Source: a virus
IMG/VR virus record: IMGVR_UViG_3300042261_002391
Span: 24,469-88,468 of that record
DNA: 64,000 bases
Reading direction: 5' to 3' (one strand)
Shown here: positions 60,647 to 64,000 of the stretch, piece after piece
How positions within the stretch are numbered: the first letter of the stretch is position 1
Layout: every line of letters begins with the position of its first letter
Notes under the pieces: generated by a model
The model's input: only the letters and a program-made list of their open reading frames with translations
Told to the model about the DNA's origin: nothing
Databases searched by the model: none
Position numbers and translations under genes: made by a program

Positions 60647-60719
60647 CGGTACTGATGGGACTCGAACCCACGACCTGAGCATAGACAGTGCCCCATTCTC
60701 ACCACTGAACTACAGTACC
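60647..60719 (-). tRNA. tRNA-Asp(GTC), U37
   Basis: GGGCA-CTGTCTA-TGCTC, G73. Confidence 0.9.
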
Positions 60720-60758
60720 GTATTTTTCAACCCACAATTTCAATGAACTACATAAAAC

Positions 60759-60790
60759 AAAAAAACCCGGCTTAATCTTAAGTCGGGTTC
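60759..60790 (-). terminator. attenuator terminator of tRNA operon 2
   Basis: AACCCGACTTAA-GA-TTAAGCCGGGTT + U tract; boxA-like GTTCATTGAAA at 60738-60748. Confidence 0.9.
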
Positions 60791-60817
60791 TTTAAACAAT
60801 AACAATAGAAAGGAGGT

Positions 60818-60925
60818 TTATTGTTTCAAATTTTTGAACCCGACTTTGCATAACATATCCTCTGCATCTGCCCATAAGAGGTCAACTGCCACAACCACTG
60901 CTAATATGTTTAGTAAAGTCTTCAT
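60818..60925 (-). CDS. attenuator leader peptide: MKTLLNILAVVVAVDLLWADAEDMLCKVGFKNLKQ
   Basis: Translated by hand; residues 8-25 use only L,A,V,D,W,E,M. Confidence 0.88.
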   Translation of the reverse strand: MKTLLNILAVVVAVDLLWADAEDMLCKVGFKNLKQ

Positions 60926-60950
60926 TTTGTTATTTTTTAAATTTTTAACT

Positions 60951-61010
60951 ATTCGTTTCATCTAAATACGTTGCAAAGGTATAAAAGGTTACACAATTTG
61001 CAAACATTTT
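60951..61010 (-). promoter_or_regulatory. composite promoter, near-identical to 36174-36233
   Basis: TTTGCAAATTGTGTAACCTTTTATACCTTTGCAACGTATTTAGATGAAACGAAT. Confidence 0.8.
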
Positions 61011-61078
61011 TGCGAGAAAAATTGATTTTTTTTAAAAATTTTATTTAATTGTTTGAATATCAGTAAATTAAAAATACG

Positions 61079-61495
61079 CTAAATATTAAATATTTTTGGC
61101 AGACCTAATGATTTATGGTATGAATTGAATATTGATTTAATATTTAATGTTCCAGCAGGATTCATTGAATGAACCAATATTGTTTCAGGAAGTGCTAGTT
61201 TATTTTCGGCACAGTAATCAATCAACCATTTGGCACAATCATATCCGGTTTTTTCAACGAAGCTATCGTAAAGTTCGTTATATGTTTCCGAACCATGTAA
61301 ATCCGGGTCATAGTGTTCATCAGCTAAATCATGGTCAAATGAAACCATTGTAGGCAATCCGTTTTCTTCAATAGCTTTTATGAATTCATTATAACTACGG
61401 ACAACTTTCCAGCCAAGCAAATATAATTGATTATAGGTATAGTCGAAACTATCTTGAGGTTGACGATAATCGTCGAGATATAGATTATAAGTCAT
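61079..61495 (-). CDS. cyclic-phosphate processing receiver-domain protein (RNA repair associated)
   Basis: LYLDDYR, SFDHDL, TGYDCAKWL, VHSMNPAG. Confidence 0.85.
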   Translation of the reverse strand: MTYNLYLDDYRQPQDSFDYTYNQLYLLGWKVVRSYNEFIKAIEENGLPTMVSFDHDLADEHYDPDLHGSETYNELYDSFVEKTGYDCAKWLIDYCAENKLALPETILVHSMNPAGTLNIKSIFNSYHKSLGLPKIFNI

Positions 61496-61497
61496 GA

Positions 61498-61695
61498 TTA
61501 TTCATTTAATTCGTTTACTGTGACCATAAATCTTGGATAATAGCCATTATCTGACTTTCCAAATATTATTAAAGACACGTCTTTTTGTTTTTCAGTAGGG
61601 TCACCTGTTGTGGGAATGATATTGATTCTATCATTAAATTCCGGAATTTCTTCCAAATCGGACTTAATTGTTTTTAACAGTTCTTCAGCATCCAT
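61498..61695 (-). CDS. hypothetical protein (start moved to MDAEEL)
   Basis: ORF-track start overlaps tRNA-Gln. Confidence 0.6.
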   Translation of the reverse strand: MDAEELLKTIKSDLEEIPEFNDRINIIPTTGDPTEKQKDVSLIIFGKSDNGYYPRFMVTVNELNE

Positions 61696-61710
61696 ATGTT
61701 CTAAATTTAT

Positions 61711-61785
61711 TGGTTGTCCAGCGTGGACTCGAACCACGACTCCGACAGTCAAAGTGTCGTATGCTAACCATTACATAACAGGACA
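61711..61785 (-). tRNA. tRNA-Gln(TTG), CCA encoded
   Basis: CGACA-CTTTGAC-TGTCG, U1:A72. Confidence 0.93.
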
Positions 61786-61788
61786 ATT

Positions 61789-62553
61789 TTATGAAAATGC
61801 TTCTTCTAAGCACATTATTAATTTTTGCATGTTTGCTCGATAAAAGCCAGCACTATTAGTACAACCACATTCGACTATTTTATACTGACCATTAACCAAA
61901 CACACATCCATTACAAACGTTTCATTTATTTCAAACAACTTTATCATTTCTCTTACGAAAGAATATGCTGATTCATCAACAAATTCATCTAAACAATACC
62001 TACCGCCTAAACTATACTGACTTGCGGTAGCAATTTCACCTTTTACAATCCAAAATCGAATTTCTTTTTGTATTTTCTTTACACTTGAAATCTGTATTTT
62101 AGTGTCAAGGTTTAATATTGTTGAATGACCGTTTGTTGATTGTTCGTTTTTAAATATATTCCATTGCTCCATATCGAAAACACGCCCGGTAAATACTTTT
62201 GTATCTTCAGTAGGTCTAGCGAAAAAAATATCTTCACGAAAAAAATTATCACCAAATTTAACGATTTCCGAATCATAATTCAACAAATTGTCTTTATAAT
62301 ACTTACTATATACTTCGTAATCATGATTTTCGCATAAAGTTGAACCCGGATACCAACCATATTGTTTGGAGATTCTCGACATTTTTACAGCACCAAAAGG
62401 AAACACATCATTTCTTTTGGTTTTAAATTTAAATGTTTCAATGAATGGTCTTACATTAACAATTTCATATGGTAAATTTAAACGATTCAATGCTAGAATC
62501 AAACTGTTATAGTTTTCTTCACGGAATACATTTTCTTGAACGATATAATACAT
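61789..62553 (-). CDS. ATP-grasp domain protein (DUF4343/R2K-like)
   Basis: FARP...KVFTG, EIRFWIV.G, VMDV, KIVE...NSAGFY. Confidence 0.85.
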   Translation of the reverse strand: MYYIVQENVFREENYNSLILALNRLNLPYEIVNVRPFIETFKFKTKRNDVFPFGAVKMSRISKQYGWYPGSTLCENHDYEVYSKYYKDNLLNYDSEIVKFGDNFFREDIFFARPTEDTKVFTGRVFDMEQWNIFKNEQSTNGHSTILNLDTKIQISSVKKIQKEIRFWIVKGEIATASQYSLGGRYCLDEFVDESAYSFVREMIKLFEINETFVMDVCLVNGQYKIVECGCTNSAGFYRANMQKLIMCLEEAFS

Positions 62554-62554
62554 A

Positions 62555-62857
62555 TCAAATATTTTCGATTATCCAATCAGTTAAATTAGTTTCAGCAGCC
62601 ACTTGATTATATGACCATTTACAATCTTCCCAATTTAACATATCTTTAGTCTGTTTATAGATTAGACTATCTTTTTCACAATAAATTCTAAATGTTTTAT
62701 ATCTCTCATCATCAGGATACTTTTTAGCATCTTTATATGCTGAAGATAATCCATGTGTGGACGTTTGGTAAACTTTACCTCGTTTACTTAAATTACTGCC
62801 ACGATGTTTATGTGGCTGGTAATATAACCCGGTTGGTACATGTTTTAATTTATACAT
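62555..62857 (-). CDS. hypothetical protein
   Basis: MYKLKHVPTGLYY; housekeeping-type promoter TATCTTTG at ~62873-62880. Confidence 0.65.
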   Translation of the reverse strand: MYKLKHVPTGLYYQPHKHRGSNLSKRGKVYQTSTHGLSSAYKDAKKYPDDERYKTFRIYCEKDSLIYKQTKDMLNWEDCKWSYNQVAAETNLTDWIIENI

Positions 62858-62912
62858 CGCTCTTTTTTCTTGCAAAGATAAATAATAATTTCAATCACAC
62901 AAGTATTTTTTG

Positions 62913-62995
62913 TAGTCCCCGCAGGATTCGAACCTGCAAACCCGTTAGAGTGTCGGCTTCAAAGACCGATGCATTAACCATTCTGCCAGAGGACT
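62913..62995 (-). tRNA. tRNA-Gln(TTG) with long variable arm
   Basis: TCGGT-CTTTGAA-GCCGA; extra arm ACTC-TAAC-GGGT. Confidence 0.83.
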
Positions 62996-63006
62996 ATAAT
63001 AAAAAG

Positions 63007-63053
63007 CTGTCTTGACAGGATTCGAACCTGTACTCTCTTGGTTCAGAGCCAAT
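63007..63053 (-). pseudogene. 3' part of tRNA-Gln(CTG), 5' acceptor and D arm missing
   Basis: TTGG-CTCTGAA-CCAA, T arm and 3' acceptor only. Confidence 0.75.
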
Positions 63054-63056
63054 AAT

Positions 63057-63133
63057 TGGTGTGTCTAGGAAGATTCGAACTTCTCACCAACAGAATCACA
63101 AGCTGTCGTGCTAACCGTTACACTATAGACACC
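63057..63133 (-). tRNA. tRNA-His(GTG), G-1 present, A73, CCA encoded
   Basis: GTGTCTA/TAGACAC, loop TTGTGAT. Confidence 0.88.
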
Positions 63134-63136
63134 ATA

Positions 63137-64000
63137 TCACGAGTTTTCATAAAACTCTAAAAATTTTTTAATTTCATTTTCAATATAAATTTTTCCTGAT
63201 TCACTATTAATACTTTTCCATTTAATTCTATAAACATTAAAACCGTTCTCTTTTAATATTTTATCTCTTTCAATATCATGTTCTTTTCTGTACTTATGTT
63301 GACTACCATCAATTTCCAAATCAATATTTTTATTTTTTAAATAGAAATCTAAAAAATAATTACATGAACTTCGTAATCCTAAATTATTTTTATTTATCGG
63401 AAAATTATGACTAAAATCAATATTATTATTTTTTAATACATTAATAAAAAATTGTTCAGGATAGCTTATAATATTTCTTGTTTGCCAACCTTTATGTGAG
63501 CCATTAAATATCGCATTTTCCATATATTTTTTCTGATTGTCGCTTCTTAATTTATTTCTACAAGTATCAGAACAACATTTATTTTTCAAATAAGAACCTT
63601 TATGACTAACATTAACAATAAATTCATTGTTACATATTATGCATATTCTAGTTAATTCAGGTAATTTAATTTCATTTTTCGTTCTTTTAACCTTAACGCT
63701 ATTTTTTAGTCTATTACTTATTTTATTTTTTGTTTCTGTTGATAATATTCTATTTTTATTATTAAAACTTGCAGCACAACTACTATTACAAAATTTATTA
63801 TATTTACTTATTATAGGTTTTCCGCAAAATAAACAATATTTGATTTTCTTCTCAAAATGACTTACATCGATATTATATTTTTTTATTAAAATATCTAATT
63901 TATCATACGTTGTTTTATTTGAGTAACCATAATATTTAAGTAACACATCATTTTTAGAATTAGCATTTCTTATAATTTCAAATAAATTTTTTTCTATCAT
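63137..64000 (-). mobile_element. DUF559/Vsr-like homing endonuclease
   Basis: SYPEQFF...YFLDF...LEIDGSQH...DIERD...YRIKW. Confidence 0.85.

Noticed and set aside
60818-60925. Reading the leader as a small membrane toxin or signal peptide
   Set aside because: The hydrophobic run is broken by D/E, composition matches the downstream tRNAs, and it carries an 11-nt antiterminator.
1-64000. Genome-wide TAG-to-Gln recoding (code 15), suggested by the suppressor tRNA
   Set aside because: Long genes are intact under the standard code and several end at TAG; in-frame TAGs were seen only in the 24.5-25.9 kb module.

Overview
AT-rich segment of a large (jumbo-type) tailed phage genome. The host is very probably Bacteroidota: TTTG-N19/20-TAnnTTTG promoters, A-rich start regions without Shine-Dalgarno, and a Bacteroidetes-type NrdJ. 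The genetic code is standard and TAG ends several genes. The window holds an early region of single-gene cassettes driven by a repeated ECF-type promoter beside the phage's own ECF sigma factor. It also encodes an SF1 helicase, nucleotide and DNA-modification enzymes (class II RNR, dATP/dGTP diphosphohydrolase-HAD fusion, Mom-like acetyltransferase), RNA-repair and translation genes (Rnl1 ligase, cyclic-phosphate receiver, PTH2, YqeY), about 10 free-standing homing endonucleases, and about 39 apparently intact plus 6 degenerate or truncated tRNA genes (all folded by eye). Main finding: the tRNAs are partitioned by amino acid into minus-strand operons. Three operons are each headed by promoter - short leader ORF - antiterminator - terminator, and each leader peptide is built from the amino acids whose tRNAs lie downstream (C/I/S/F/G/N/T/R; K/Y; D/E/V/L/A/M/W). 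A fourth His/Gln cluster runs off the window edge and predicts an H/Q/P leader. This looks like ribosome-sensed, on-demand tRNA resupply. Also notable: an amber-suppressor tRNA next to three ORFs with TAG at codon 5-6 (including a peptidyl-tRNA hydrolase), and two tRNAs whose D-arm is rewired into the variable region.
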